Assembly: GCF_009914755.1 (NCBI RefSeq)
Contig: NC_060931.1
Reading direction: 5' to 3' (one strand)
Length of the DNA stretch: 64,000 nt
From: the human T2T-CHM13v2.0 reference genome, Homo sapiens
In this document: piece after piece, positions 40,710 through 52,890 of the stretch
Numbering within the stretch: position 1 is the first letter of the stretch
How the letters are laid out: every line of letters begins with the position of its first letter
Notes under the pieces: model-generated
Databases searched by the model: none
Told to the model about the DNA's origin: nothing
What the model saw: only the letters and a program-made list of their open reading frames with translations
Translations under genes and position numbers: made by a program

Positions 40710-41871
40710 TGTCCCTCCATTATAGAGGAGGGCAGTGGAGAGAGGGCAGAAAAGATCCACGGGGTCTTAGGGAAGAAGAGGAAAAGATCCCAAAGTGTGA
40801 CATAAAATTACATATATACATAAAACTCTTTCTTTTCTTAAGGAAAATAAAGGCCAGGTGAATAATACATTTTAAGATGGTGTTTTAGTTTAATCTCCTC
40901 CCAAATCAGGCCCTGCAGAAGAATTTGGCTACAGAAAACACAAAGACAATAAAACATGTGTTTATGACCATACTAAAGGGGGTTCAACACTCTTGAGACA
41001 CTTGAAGAAATCACGTAAACCACCCTTTAGAATTGTTACACAAAGGTGAAAGATGAGGCGTTTAGCCACCAAGTTCTGTCTTATGTTGGCTGAAGGTTGT
41101 TCTCAGAAGCATTAAATACAACCTTTCCCACCTTTCTTTTTGCCAGAATTTGGGTTGAAGAAATTCCTGTGGCCCCTGAGAAGGCCTTCAGGCAGAGGGT
41201 GCTAGTTAGTGAAAGCTGTCAACTCCTTCATAATGGTCTGCTGCAGCTGCAGGTGAACTCAGAGCTGATGGAGAGGATTTGGGGCAGGACATCAAAGGTT
41301 AAAAGCTCTGAAGATGAAAAAGTGGATGCTCTCCTTACTGGCAACTTGAGTACATTACTACTATATGTAGACTCCAGCAGAATGAGTGTGCCATTCACTA
41401 AACCGAACCAAGTGCTACAAATCCCTTTCTCTGCATATCCCATTCTCTCTACCAAGAATCCCTTCCCTTCCACTGTGTCAAGAGATTCTCTACCACTGTT
41501 CATTCATGCTGGTAGATTAGGAAAGGCCATCTTGCCCCACCTTCACCCCCTTGCCACAGAAAGGCCCTCAAGGCCTTTTTCTCCCCTCTTCCATCCCAGG
41601 GGGAGATCTTACTAACACAATAGAAAATAATGAAAAAGACTTTATTCCTGTAATAGCACATCTGAGTAATGCTTTGAAAGGCAGTCAGTAATAGGCAAGA
41701 AAGCATTTTATTTACCTTTTAGGATGTTTCATGGTGAAAAATTTAAAAGATAGAAAACTTCCTTAGGAAATATAAGACCCTGTCCCTCCATGATAAAGGA
41801 GGGCAGTGGAGAGAGGGCAGAAAATATCAAGGAAATCTTAAGGAACAAGAGGAAGAGATCAAAGAGTGTGA
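40710..41871 (+). repeat. 91-bp imperfect direct repeat pair (40710-40800 and 41781-41871)
   Basis: Ungapped manual alignment 77/91 identical, including a 28-bp exact core aggagggcagtggagagagggcagaaaa. Confidence 0.9.
40880..41300 (-). mobile_element. LTR16-like ERVL LTR, degraded
   Basis: 'ctgcagctgcaggtgaactcagagctgatggagaggatttggggcaggacatc'. Confidence 0.5.
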
Positions 41872-42784
41872 AGAGAACTTGTGGATATTTATCCAAGATG
41901 AACTTTACGTGACTACTGGGGACTTGATAAGGGAAGAAAGGATATATTTTGCACCTTACTCTGGACTCAGTGTGCATGAATAATCGGCTAAGGGATTGGG
42001 CCTCCTCACTTTCCTGGACATTATGGCATGCATAATGGGTTATCTATGCATTCAATTAATTTTACATAGTGAATATGCTATGTGCCAGGCATTGAACTGT
42101 ATGTCAGGGCATAATCATTAATCAGCAGACACGGTCCCAGCCCTCATGGCATTTATAGTCAAAAAATATTAAAGGACATTCTGTTTTATGATACTTTCTT
42201 CTGCTTCTCATATTTCCCATCAGTCTTATTTTGCCTCTTGAGTTTTCTTTCACATTCTGCCTTATAAGTATTTGTGTGCATGCCTGGCCTCACCTAAGAG
42301 ATTAAGAGCTCCCTGAAGGCAAAGACTGTTTCTTCTCTCACACAATTACTGACTGACTCTGACTTACTGACTGAATGCAGGAGAGGTGATTGAGTGGGGG
42401 TAGCATTTGAAGTCTAGAAATGAGCATTTCAAGCCAATAGCATGTTTGACCCAATCTGCTCAGCTATATTCATAATGGTAGGAGAAGCTTCTTTGCCTGA
42501 AGGAGGCATGCCTCCTCTTACTTTATATCTTCAAAGAAACATATTTAATGATCAAGGCCATATCTGTTCCACTCATTTTGGGAACAACATTACATTGAAG
42601 TTTGAGCTTCAAAAATGAGGGGAAAAAAAGTTAATCTTTAGGTCACTCTTTCTAAGTTTGTGGGAATGAATATTCAAAGGGAACTCTTCAGTAAAGCATG
42701 TCAGACTTTCTAAAACGGTATGATTCCACAAGTAGATATAATAAAAGGCAGTAACTTAGGGACTGAAGCTGAGTTGAATGTCAA

Positions 42785-42990
42785 AAAGGACAAGGGCTTT
42801 GGACTCAGACAAAATGAACATGCTCACTTATTAATTGCATGAATTTGAACAAGTAACTTAATCTCTCTGGGCCTCAGTTTCATCTTTAAAATGGGGATGT
42901 TGATATCTCTTTCAGAGATTCATACGAATTCACTGAGAACTCTTAAGAAGAATGCCTCAAATATGTAACGCATAGTTGTCATAAATCACT
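42785..42990 (+). mobile_element. MIR
   Basis: 'gggctttggactcagac..aacaagtaacttaatctctctgggcctcagttt'. Confidence 0.75.
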
Positions 42991-45439
42991 CTAGAATTTA
43001 TTTATTTCAATGGCAGATGTGACAAATATTTTAATACTTGTTTAAATGCATGACCAATTAGGTAATGAGATTTCTCTGGTAAGGTAATCGTTTAAAGGCG
43101 TTGCAAAACTAAATAATAATAGACAGCAAAGAATCACATATGATAATGGAGAAAATGCAAAATACAGTTAAAATATTGTTTTACCTAAAAGAGGAGTGCC
43201 AATATGTTTATGGGAGAATATCAAAAGGTATTATTATACTTAATTAAATTTAATGAAAAAAACTTAAAAATCTTAAACTTTCAAAATTTTTTGAGGAAGA
43301 AGAGTTAATCACAATTGACTGTCTCTGTAGGGAAGCTAACACATCAAGAATTCCCATAAAGCACTAGTCATATAACTTCTTCCAAGCCCCACTTGAAAGA
43401 AGCGATAAAATGTTGCATACTAATTTTTATTCCCTCTAACTCACCATAAAATCAATCAAACTATGTTCCTTGCTAGATTCATGATTTTCAGAGCAAGCAG
43501 AGACAAATTCATTCCAGTGTAGTGTATGGGAATTATCAACGCATACCTTAGAAAAGATACAGGATCGATATCTGTAAGTCCAGACATGCATCTGCTCAAC
43601 ATTTGCAAAATGAATATGCCAAGATGATACAAAATGGAAACAAACACATTCATACACAAATATGTGTACTTACATATCCACTTTCATGGGACTTTTTAAA
43701 GCCCTCCTGGCACTTTGTTTGTACCCCAGATGATATGCGCCATAGAATACTTTATATTACAATTAATCATGCAATTTTTAATCTCTTTTTAGACCACAAA
43801 CTACAAAAAAATAAAGACTATGCCTTGCTTATCTTTTCACTGTTCAATTTTCTGTTATGCCAACATCAGGAACTAATCCTTAGCATAGCTTAAGAAAAAG
43901 AAGAAAATTAATGTTTTGAGTTTTTAATATATGCCAAACACTAAACTTGGAGTCTATTATAAAATATCTCATTAAATACATTATTGAATTTAATTTTTTA
44001 AAAGTGATGTGAGTCTCTTTGGCCTCTTGCAAAAGCTAAGATGACATCTCCTCTACTCCACCCAGGCCCCAGAAAAAGCTTCTTCATAGGGTACAAGTTA
44101 TTGCACAGTAATGCAGTAGTTTTAACAAACAGCCACTAATGGCATAATTCCATCTTCCCAAAAACAAACTCGTGAATGAAAGTATTCATACTAATTTGTA
44201 AAAGTTTCGGTTTTAAGTCACAAATTAGAACACTTAGCATAAAGGAAATGTCTAAGAAATACATCTCATTAAAATAATGAGTCTATAAGTGTCATCATGT
44301 GTCAGCTTCAAAATTCTATTTTCCTGGCTAACTCATAAGTTATAGGTGATTGTGAAAAAGAAACTGGTGCAATCCTTTGAAATAATATGGAAATAAAATT
44401 AGAATTAGAGCCTTACATACGTGCAAAAGTATAATACAACCTACAAATAAAATGCAAACTCCACTTCCCTTCTCTTTGTTCTTTCCTCCCCAAAGATAAA
44501 TAATTAATCAAAAGACTATTCCCCCTTTGAATACAATCATCTAAAGTAGTTGCCTCATATGTCTGTAAATGTGTGAGAAACAATTTTTATAGGAGTGAAA
44601 ACAATCTCCTTTGTTATCTAACCTATGGTTTCAGGAGTGAAAAAGTAATTTCACTTAAACTCAGCAGTTGACTTGTATATGATAAACTGAGATTGGAAGG
44701 ACAAAATTGACGCTGGGAAAGGAAAAGTTAAATTCAGGATTCTGAGTTCTGTTCAAATTGGAGAACACCAATGGGGAGACTGAAGCGCCTCTCCTTACTG
44801 AAGCAGCAGTTTGAAGTACTCTTGTGTAGTATAATAGAATAATTGACCCAATTAGGGCCCTATTCATCAGAAATTAGATTTCTGCAGGTGCCAAGTACAA
44901 AGGCTTTTGAGGGCCTTCTCAGCTTCTCACTAGCAACATTGGGAAATTGCAGGCACAACAAAACTGTACAATCTGCAATTTAATATCTTTTCTCAAGGTA
45001 TCCACTGAACCTCACTTTAATTTTAAAGACAGATGAAAGAGACACAGATTAGGGTCTTTTTCCTTGCCTTTTTCCTTTTCTCGTGAGCCTATGGCAGGCC
45101 ATCCTCTTTAACCCAGCTTTAAAGAAACACGTTCAAAAACAAAAACCAAAGACTGGGATTGAGTATTCACCTTTCATAGAGTATTCATTCCAAAGTCTGT
45201 CCAATTCAGGTGATGTATTTTAAGATTAATATTGTATTCATCATGTAAGGTCATAAAACTCAGAACGGCCTCAACCAAGTCCTTTAGATGCTTCTTCAGG
45301 GGCAATTCATATTGCACAGTTAAATATTTTTTTAAAGTTGGGTCTGAGGTTCTAAAAGAGAAACACTGATGTTCCTTCAAATTTTCCTGGGAGTATGGGT
45401 TAGGAAAGAGGTAAGGGAAGGTCCCTTTCCTCAAGATCA

Positions 45440-45795
45440 AGGGAAGTGAATTTAAACCCTTTAGTTTTCTGATAAAATGTTCCCTTTCACTGACAGGATG
45501 TGAAGCAATTCTCTCTCTCCTGACCTCCCCGTCTTTTCTTCCTTGACTATACATACAATCATGTTAATTTTTTTATTCTTCCTTATTTTCTTTATGGAAT
45601 TTATTATACTCTGAATTATGTTTTGTACGTGTTCATGTGTCTTTACTTACATTGATTTCTGTATCTCCCATTAAAATGTATGTCCCAGGGAAATAAAGGC
45701 ATTGTCTCACTTACTGCTATGGTCTCTATCCTTACTGTCTGGAAATGTGCAGGGCACATGGTAGATTCTTAGCGTATGTTGCTTGAATGAATGAA
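45440..45795 (+). mobile_element. L2 3' end
   Basis: 'gggcacatggtagattcttagcgtatgttgcttgaatgaatgaa'. Confidence 0.65.
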
Positions 45796-45850
45796 AAAAA
45801 TAAATTTATTGTCCTCAGAGAAGTCTAAAATCAGCACATTAAAGGCATGC

Positions 45851-46151
45851 TTTTTTTTTTTTTTTTTTTTTTTTGATAGAGTCTCACTCTGTCGCCCAGG
45901 CTGGAGTGCAGTGGCACAATCTCGACTCACTGCCACCTCCCCACCCCAGGTTCAGGCGATTCTCCTGCCTTAGCCTCCTAAGTAGCTGGGACTCCAGGTG
46001 TGTGCCATGCCTGGTTAATTTTTGTAATTTTAGTAGAGACAGAGTTTCACCATGTTAGCCAGGCTGGTCTTGAACTCCTGACCTCAAGTTTTCCAACCGC
46101 CTTGGCCTCCCAAAGTGCTGTAATTACCAGCATGAGCCACCGCACTCAGGC
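45851..46151 (-). mobile_element. AluS, full length
   Basis: T24 tail plus dimer; decayed TSD aaggcatgctt / aaggtatactt. Confidence 0.95.
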
Positions 46152-46669
46152 AAGGTATACTTATTCTAAGAGAACCAACACCCCTGCCTTCCTTCAAGGG
46201 TTCAAAAGGAATATATCAGATCCTGTAACTAAACGGTACGGCTGAGCTTAGCTTCAAGCTAGAGTGTGTCTTCCTTCCATTTCCCAAATAAGATTCTTCA
46301 GCATTGGCTTCATTACCAGGGTAAACATGGTCACGATATGGCACAATCAGCTCCAGTTCCCACATGTACTCTGCACGTCACCAGAAACAGAAATTTTCTT
46401 ATAGTTTAAGAAATATTATCTTATTGGCCTTGATTAGCCTAACTTGTGTTATGTGCCTTCCCTGAACCAATCCTTACACTATTATCAGGAAGCTCGTACA
46501 TGGTGTTTAATCAGGTTAAGCCATGTGCCTTACCCGTGGATCCTGGGGTAGAGTCAACTTTACCCGATGCACATAAACAAGGAATGGGAAAAGTTAAGTT
46601 TCTCCAAACAATGCTGCAAAGGAGAGTGGTGGCTGGAAGTAAATATAAAAATGCCATAACACACAAATC

Positions 46670-48230
46670 AGTGGACACCCTTTAGTCCTTAGCTTAATCA
46701 AACTCTCTGCAGCATATGCTAAAGTTTACCTTTTCTTCAATTTTGAAATTTTCTCTTGTTCAACTTGAACTTACAACTCCACCATGTTTCTGACGGCTGC
46801 TTCTGGTTTACATATTCAGCTGCTTTTATGCTGTCTTCCCTTTAAATGTTGGTTTTCTCCAGGGTTGGTTGCTCATGCCCTTTCTCTCATTCTGTATGCT
46901 CTCTCAGAATGATTTAATCCATGCCCATTGGATCAGCTAAATCCTCAAGTCCTAAATTTTGGTCTTCAGATCAGACTCTTCTCCAATGCCACAGGTCCTA
47001 TAAATCAAACTGTCTACTAGACCTTGCCACAACTGAAATAAAACATATTATCAGCTAAAAGTTATATCCCTTTTCTTCCTCCAGCCATCCCCTGATTACA
47101 ATCCAGTTTCTCCCACTGCGTTGGTGATACTCAATTGAACTCAGCAAGGCCAAAAACTTACCTCAACTTCACACTTTCCAAACAATATACAAACACCAAA
47201 TCCCACCAATTTTACTTCTTAAATATTCTCCAATACATGTATCATCTTCTCTTCATCATTATTGCCACTGTCTTGAGTTAGACCATCTTTTTTTGTTGTT
47301 TTGGTTTTTTGCCTAGACTATTGGGAGAGCCTTTTAATTTGTCTCCTTACTACAGTCTTCCTTTTTTCCTTCCAATCATCTTTTACATTGTTATTCAGAA
47401 TATTTTTTAAAGAGTAAATCTGGGCCCAGCGTGGTGGCTCACACCTGTAATCTCAGCACTTTGGGAAGCCGAAGTGAGCAGAACACCTGAGGTCGGGAGT
47501 TCAAGAGCACCCTGGTCAACATGGTGAAACCCCGTCTCTACTAAAAATACAAAAATTAGCTGGGTGTGGTGGCAGGTGCCTGCAATCCCAGCTACTTGGG
47601 AGGCTGAGGCAGGAGAATCACTTCAACTCAGGAGGTGGAGGATGCAGTGGGCCAAGATCATGCCACTGCACTCCAGCCTGGGCAACAGAGCAAGACTCCA
47701 TCTCAAAATAAATAAATAAATAAATAAATAAAATAATAAATCTGATCACATTCATTCAATAGTTCCTGTTGAGTATATTGGAGTTTAACATTCTTAGTAG
47801 GACATAAAACTCTATTGGTTTTATGGCCTTGCCGGCTTCCAGGCTCATCTCTTGCTGCTTCATATGGATCTTCTGTTACTCCCACGTTCTCCTCTGCTCT
47901 TCAGCTGTTATTTCCCCCCGCTCTGTATCCCTTAGGAAATTCCTACTCATCATCAGAGCTCAGCTCAAGTGCCAACAGAATTCTCCTGGGACAGACTCTG
48001 TTACCTGGGGAGAACTGAGCAGTCCATTTGCTTTGGTCTAATATCATCTTCTGTAAACTTCACTAATGCCATTTATTCTACTATTTCCAAGTGTTTGTGT
48101 TTTGTTTTTCATCTCGCACTAGTATGAGATCTCTTTAAAGGCAAGTATTGTACAGTGCCTTCTTCATCTTTGCATCCTACAACATGAGAGAGGGCATTGT
48201 ATGGAAAATAAACATGCTTGTGGAATGAAT
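46670..48230 (+). mobile_element. L2 fragments around an Alu
   Basis: Pyrimidine-rich L2-like sequence ending 'aaacatgcttgtggaatgaat'. Confidence 0.6.
47423..47732 (+). mobile_element. AluS with (AAAT)n tail
   Basis: Full dimer; flanks ..gtaaatct / ..ataaatct. Confidence 0.95.
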
Positions 48231-48290
48231 ATTACAATGACCAAGATGCTGTGAAATGTGTAGGTAACATATCATTTTTTTCATATATGG

Positions 48291-48664
48291 TGATATGCTC
48301 TGACTGTGTCTCTACCCAAATCTCATCTTGAATTGTAGTTCCCATAATCCCCATATGTTGTGAAAGGGATCTGATGGGAGGTAATTGAATCCTAGGGGCA
48401 GTTACCCTCATGGTGTTCTCATGATAGTGAGTGAGTTCTCACGAGATCTGATGGTTTTATAGGGGACTTTTCTTCCTTTGCTCAGCACTTCCCCTTCCTG
48501 ATGCCACGTGAAGAAGGACATGTTTGCTTCCCCTTCCACCATAATTGTAAGTTTCCTGTTGCCTCCCCATCCCTGCGAAACTGTGGGTCGATTAAACCTT
48601 TTCTCTTTATAAATTACCCAGTCTCAGGCAGTTTTATATAGCAATGTGAGAACGAACTAACACA
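48291..48664 (+). mobile_element. THE1 (D-like) MaLR solo LTR
   Basis: TG..CA termini; perfect 5-bp TSD tatgg at 48286-48290 and 48665-48669. Confidence 0.94.
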
Positions 48665-49289
48665 TATGGAAACACTAGGATGTTTTTAAGTTCATAGTTT
48701 AAACTCACTGAGCAATGATCAATGGATAAATTAAGATAAAATTTATAGCTATGATTTTGACAATTTGCAGTGAATACCATTTCTCTTGGACCAGTAATTC
48801 TAAGCCTGAAACAATGAATAGTTGACAAGGTCCTCCTGAAATTGTGTGCAGAAACTTTATGTATATGTCTATTTTTCTGACAGAAGAGTCTATATGTTTC
48901 ATTGATCTCAAAAAGAATTCATACTCTATGAAGCTTGAGAACTATGGTCCTAGATCTTATTTTCCCTATAAAACTATAGAATATAGATACAATAGTCATT
49001 AACACGTGTTGTATCACTTATATTAATCCATGGTATATTTGTTTTCCTTTTGAAGTCTCTTTTCTTTTTTATGTTATCAGAAATAGCAATATTTTGAAAG
49101 GAAACTAATGCAAACTAATTACCATGAAATTTAATATTTTAAATGATACACATACTTTTTTGCATTATAGATATAACAACCAAAATTATAGCAGGCATGC
49201 ACTTTACATAAAGAAGATAGAGGTGCTATTACAATCACTCATAATTTGCATATATTTTGTAATATTTTTGAATTAAGTAGATGCAGTCA

Positions 49290-49565
49290 GTAAAATGGCA
49301 AGGAGACTCCAGCTTCAAGAGCCACAGACGTGGTCCAAACCCCAGCTTTAAAATCACAAAACTGAGCTGGAATTTCATATTCTTTTGTGTGAATTTGGGC
49401 AACTTAATGTACTTCATATCTTAATATCCAACTTGTGTAACATGTGGCAAATAATAGTACTGATCTTATATTGTTATTATGAGAATGAAATGACCTATTC
49501 ATGATAACATACATGGCCTAGTGCCCTGGAATTTGTAAGGCCTCTATACTTGTTAACTATTACAA
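49290..49565 (+). mobile_element. MIR
   Basis: 'tgtgtgaatttgggcaacttaat..ataatagtact..ttgttattatgagaatgaaatga'. Confidence 0.65.
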
Positions 49566-49871
49566 CTCTTATTATCATGTATTGTCTTTAAAGTATTTTA
49601 TTAAGAGAAAATCAGGAATCTATATAACATTTCCAGAAGCAACTAAAATGTCCTAGTATACCATTAATTGTTATACCCAAGGAAAGAGCCAGCCAATTGC
49701 CATTCACAGCCCTTAGCATTGCAAGACTTTAAAGGGATCTTTACCCCCCTTATGAATAAAACTGAGGTTGTATTAAATTACTCTTTTCCAGAGCTTTCTA
49801 AATAGGGATAGCTACTATACAAAGTAACCATTCAATAAATGTTCACTGCCTGGTTAGCTGATTGACTCTGG

Positions 49872-50517
49872 TATATTTGTTTTCTATTGCTGTACAACAA
49901 ATTACTATTCAGTAGCTTAGAACAAAATGTATTTTCTACTTCTCAGTTTCTGTGAGTGAAGAGTCCAGGTATGGCTTAGCTGAAGCCTCTGCTCTAGGTC
50001 TCACAAGGCTGTCATCAAGGTATCAGTCGTGTTACAGTCCTTTCTGGAACTCTGAGTCTTTTTCTAAGATCCTGTGGTTTTGGTAGAATTCAGTTCCTTG
50101 CAGTTGTATAAATGATGTTCCCATTTTCTTTCTAACTGTGAGCCAGTGATCACCCTCAACTGCGAAAGGCCACCCTCAAGTCCTTGCCAGGTGACCTCCT
50201 CTCACATGTCGGTTCATTTTTCAAGACCAGCAAAAGAATCTTTCTCAATTCAAAAAGAGCTCCAGTTCCTCTTTTAAAGGACTTACCTGATTAGGTCAGA
50301 CCCATCCAAGACACCCTCCCTTTTGATTAACTCAGTCTACTTATTATGGATCTTAATTATATCTGCAAAATCTCTTCTGCTTTGCCATATAACTAACATG
50401 GTTAACATTATGGAAGAGATACCTCACTGTATTCACGGGTCCCATGCACACTCAAGGTGGAAGATTATACCAAGTCATGGCTCCTTAGGGGTCATTTCCA
50501 TAGTCTGTCTACCACAT
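49872..50517 (-). mobile_element. MLT1E-like solo LTR
   Basis: 'ttctattgctgtacaacaaattac..agaattcagttccttgcagttgta..cttaattatatctgcaaaatc..tctgtctaccaca'. Confidence 0.82.
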
Positions 50518-52654
50518 CTGGGCACCTCCAGACTAAATGTTTTGCTCAGTTCTCAACTCATATCACTTTGGGGATCTCAGAAATTGCATTTGAGGGGGTG
50601 AGCCAAATGAACCCAGGAGTCTGGAAGTATCTCCAGGTTTATTATCTAGCAAATAGCTTATTGTGTTAATTATTTTTTAAAGTCCATATACGGATGGTCA
50701 GGTAAATTATACATTTGCAGGTACATTCTCTTTTTTTAAATAAGTAGCATTTTTTAAGTTCAGCATTGTGTTTATCTTTGTATCTTTGTTCATAGGTAGA
50801 ATGTAAACTTAGTGGGGGGCAATGAGAGTGCCAAATTCACTTTTATATTCCAACTGCCTTGATTTCAATAGTTAATTAAGGCCCACCCAACTAAACAGTT
50901 CGTATCTCTAATTCTCTTTAATTTAGGTCATTTACTTTGTTTGACCTTTGGATCTCCTATGTCCCTTAAGAGGAGGAGATTTCATATTTGTTTAAAATAT
51001 TGTACAAAAGTCTATATAATTTGGTCCCTAGTCATTTCTAACAAGAATATTCTAGTTCTTTGTCAGAAAAAAAAAAAGAGAGAGAAATATATGTAGGCTT
51101 CAACCTGGTAACTCAAAAATGCCTTGGAAGCTACAGTTTCTTCAAAACCAGTTGAGGTCAGCGACATCACAGTGCTCTTTCTGAGGACGTCTGCTTCTTC
51201 AGCAACATCAGGCAGACAAATGTCTGTGAAATGACACTCCCCTTCTACCAGCAGAAGAAAACTGGACTCAGCCCTGTGTGTGTTGGGGCTTTGCATTTCT
51301 CTGGGAAGCAGAGGTGGCCTAACTTTCAAACTTACCACAGAACATTCTCCCTCAGAATGCCTGTAGCACAGGTTCCACATCAAAGGGAGCAGAATGGTAA
51401 CAGCAGAGAATTGACATGACAGGAAAGACACGCTTAGTGCTCAAGTCTGTATAGGCAGTGGCTTCATACTGAACTTGTTCAATCTTCAGTGAAGCATGAG
51501 AGAAAAACAGAGACACACAAAAGAAAACTCACAGAAATCCCTGGATTCCTCTACACTGGAGAGACTGCTGGTGATTGATTAAGGTCACACTTTCATTATT
51601 TGAAGCCAGCTTAGTATTAGAGAAACATCTTTGCAGATCAAGACTTTAGCCCAAGCTATGTGGATATGTTTCAGAGAGTTCAAGAAGTCCCTGAAATAAC
51701 AGGGAAACAATTTTTCCAATATGCCAGTTTGTGCATGTGACAAAAATGTCACTTGAGACATTCTCTGGCTTTAGAGCCTTAGATAAATTTCAACCAAACT
51801 TTTGGTTCAGGGCCTGGGGCACTAAAAAGCCCCACCCATAATGTGTGTGCCTAACTTGTGCCATTTTCTGTTTTGATACAGAATCAGGGCAGCCTGCTTT
51901 GTGCTGCAACACCTTCGACCAAAAGTGAAGCTCTGTCTGCTCCCATTTGCCTCCACAGGGAAATTCAATCACAGCAAATGCGTCATGAGTTTTATGGATG
52001 TAATAAAATTTGTGAGGTCATAGAGAAGCAGCTCATACAATTTCGCTGGATTTATTTCACTTCCTTCTTGTTAATATTCATACATTTTATTCTCTTGACA
52101 TCTCTGTGTTCACCACATAGGGCTCTCCCTGTCTTATAAAGAGCACTGGGAAATATTGTCCAGTCCCTACATTCCTATATGACCCTTCTAAAATCATATG
52201 CCTTCTCCAGGTCTCCTACAACGTTGGAGAATAAACATTGTCCATCTGTATTTATGCCTCTGAGTTTTCTTCCTAGAGAGATGCAAAGCTTTCACCATAT
52301 CCTCAACAAGGATGTGTAAGAACCCTTGCTTTGAGCCTATGCCCATAGTGGAAGGTTCGAAGGCATATTCCATTACCAAAAAGATGAATGACACAAAACA
52401 CAAGAGCTCCTGGTAGGAACAGTGTTCATCTTTTCTCTATACCCTCAAAGGAGTTGAGATCCTCTCCAGGGCAAGGTGACTCGGCATCTCACATCCCTAA
52501 TCACAGTCTTACTGGTCTGAGCCTCCTTCTTACCTATTTCCATTGTTCTTCTTCACCTTTGACCCTTTCCAGTGTGCACTCTGAAATTTTCTATATCTTA
52601 TTAACAAATACACTTTCTTCACAGTCTTTTCTCTGACCATTCTGTCACCAGGGC

Positions 52655-52890
52655 ACATATAGCTTAAGAATGCATGTTCTGAAATTAGTCTTCCTGTTTT
52701 CAAGTCTGTGTTCTATTATTTACTAACTCCATGAGTTTGGGCAACTTAATCTTTCATGTATATATTGGGATAATAATAGTATTCACCTCACAAGGTATTG
52801 TGAGGATTAAATGGGTAAATATGTGCAGAGAAATTAGGACGGAGCCTAATACACGGTAAGTCTACAGAAAATGTTTTATCTTTATTATTA
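52655..52890 (+). mobile_element. MIR
   Basis: 'gggataataatagtattcacctcacaaggtattgtgaggattaaatg'. Confidence 0.8.

Noticed and set aside
41097-41615. Longest ORF (172 aa)
   Set aside because: Starts at TTG inside a degraded LTR16-like element; no recognisable domain.
39181-48664. Two same-orientation THE1 LTRs as ends of one provirus
   Set aside because: They look like different subfamilies, the second has its own TSD (tatgg), and the 8.7-kb interval has no THE1 internal sequence.
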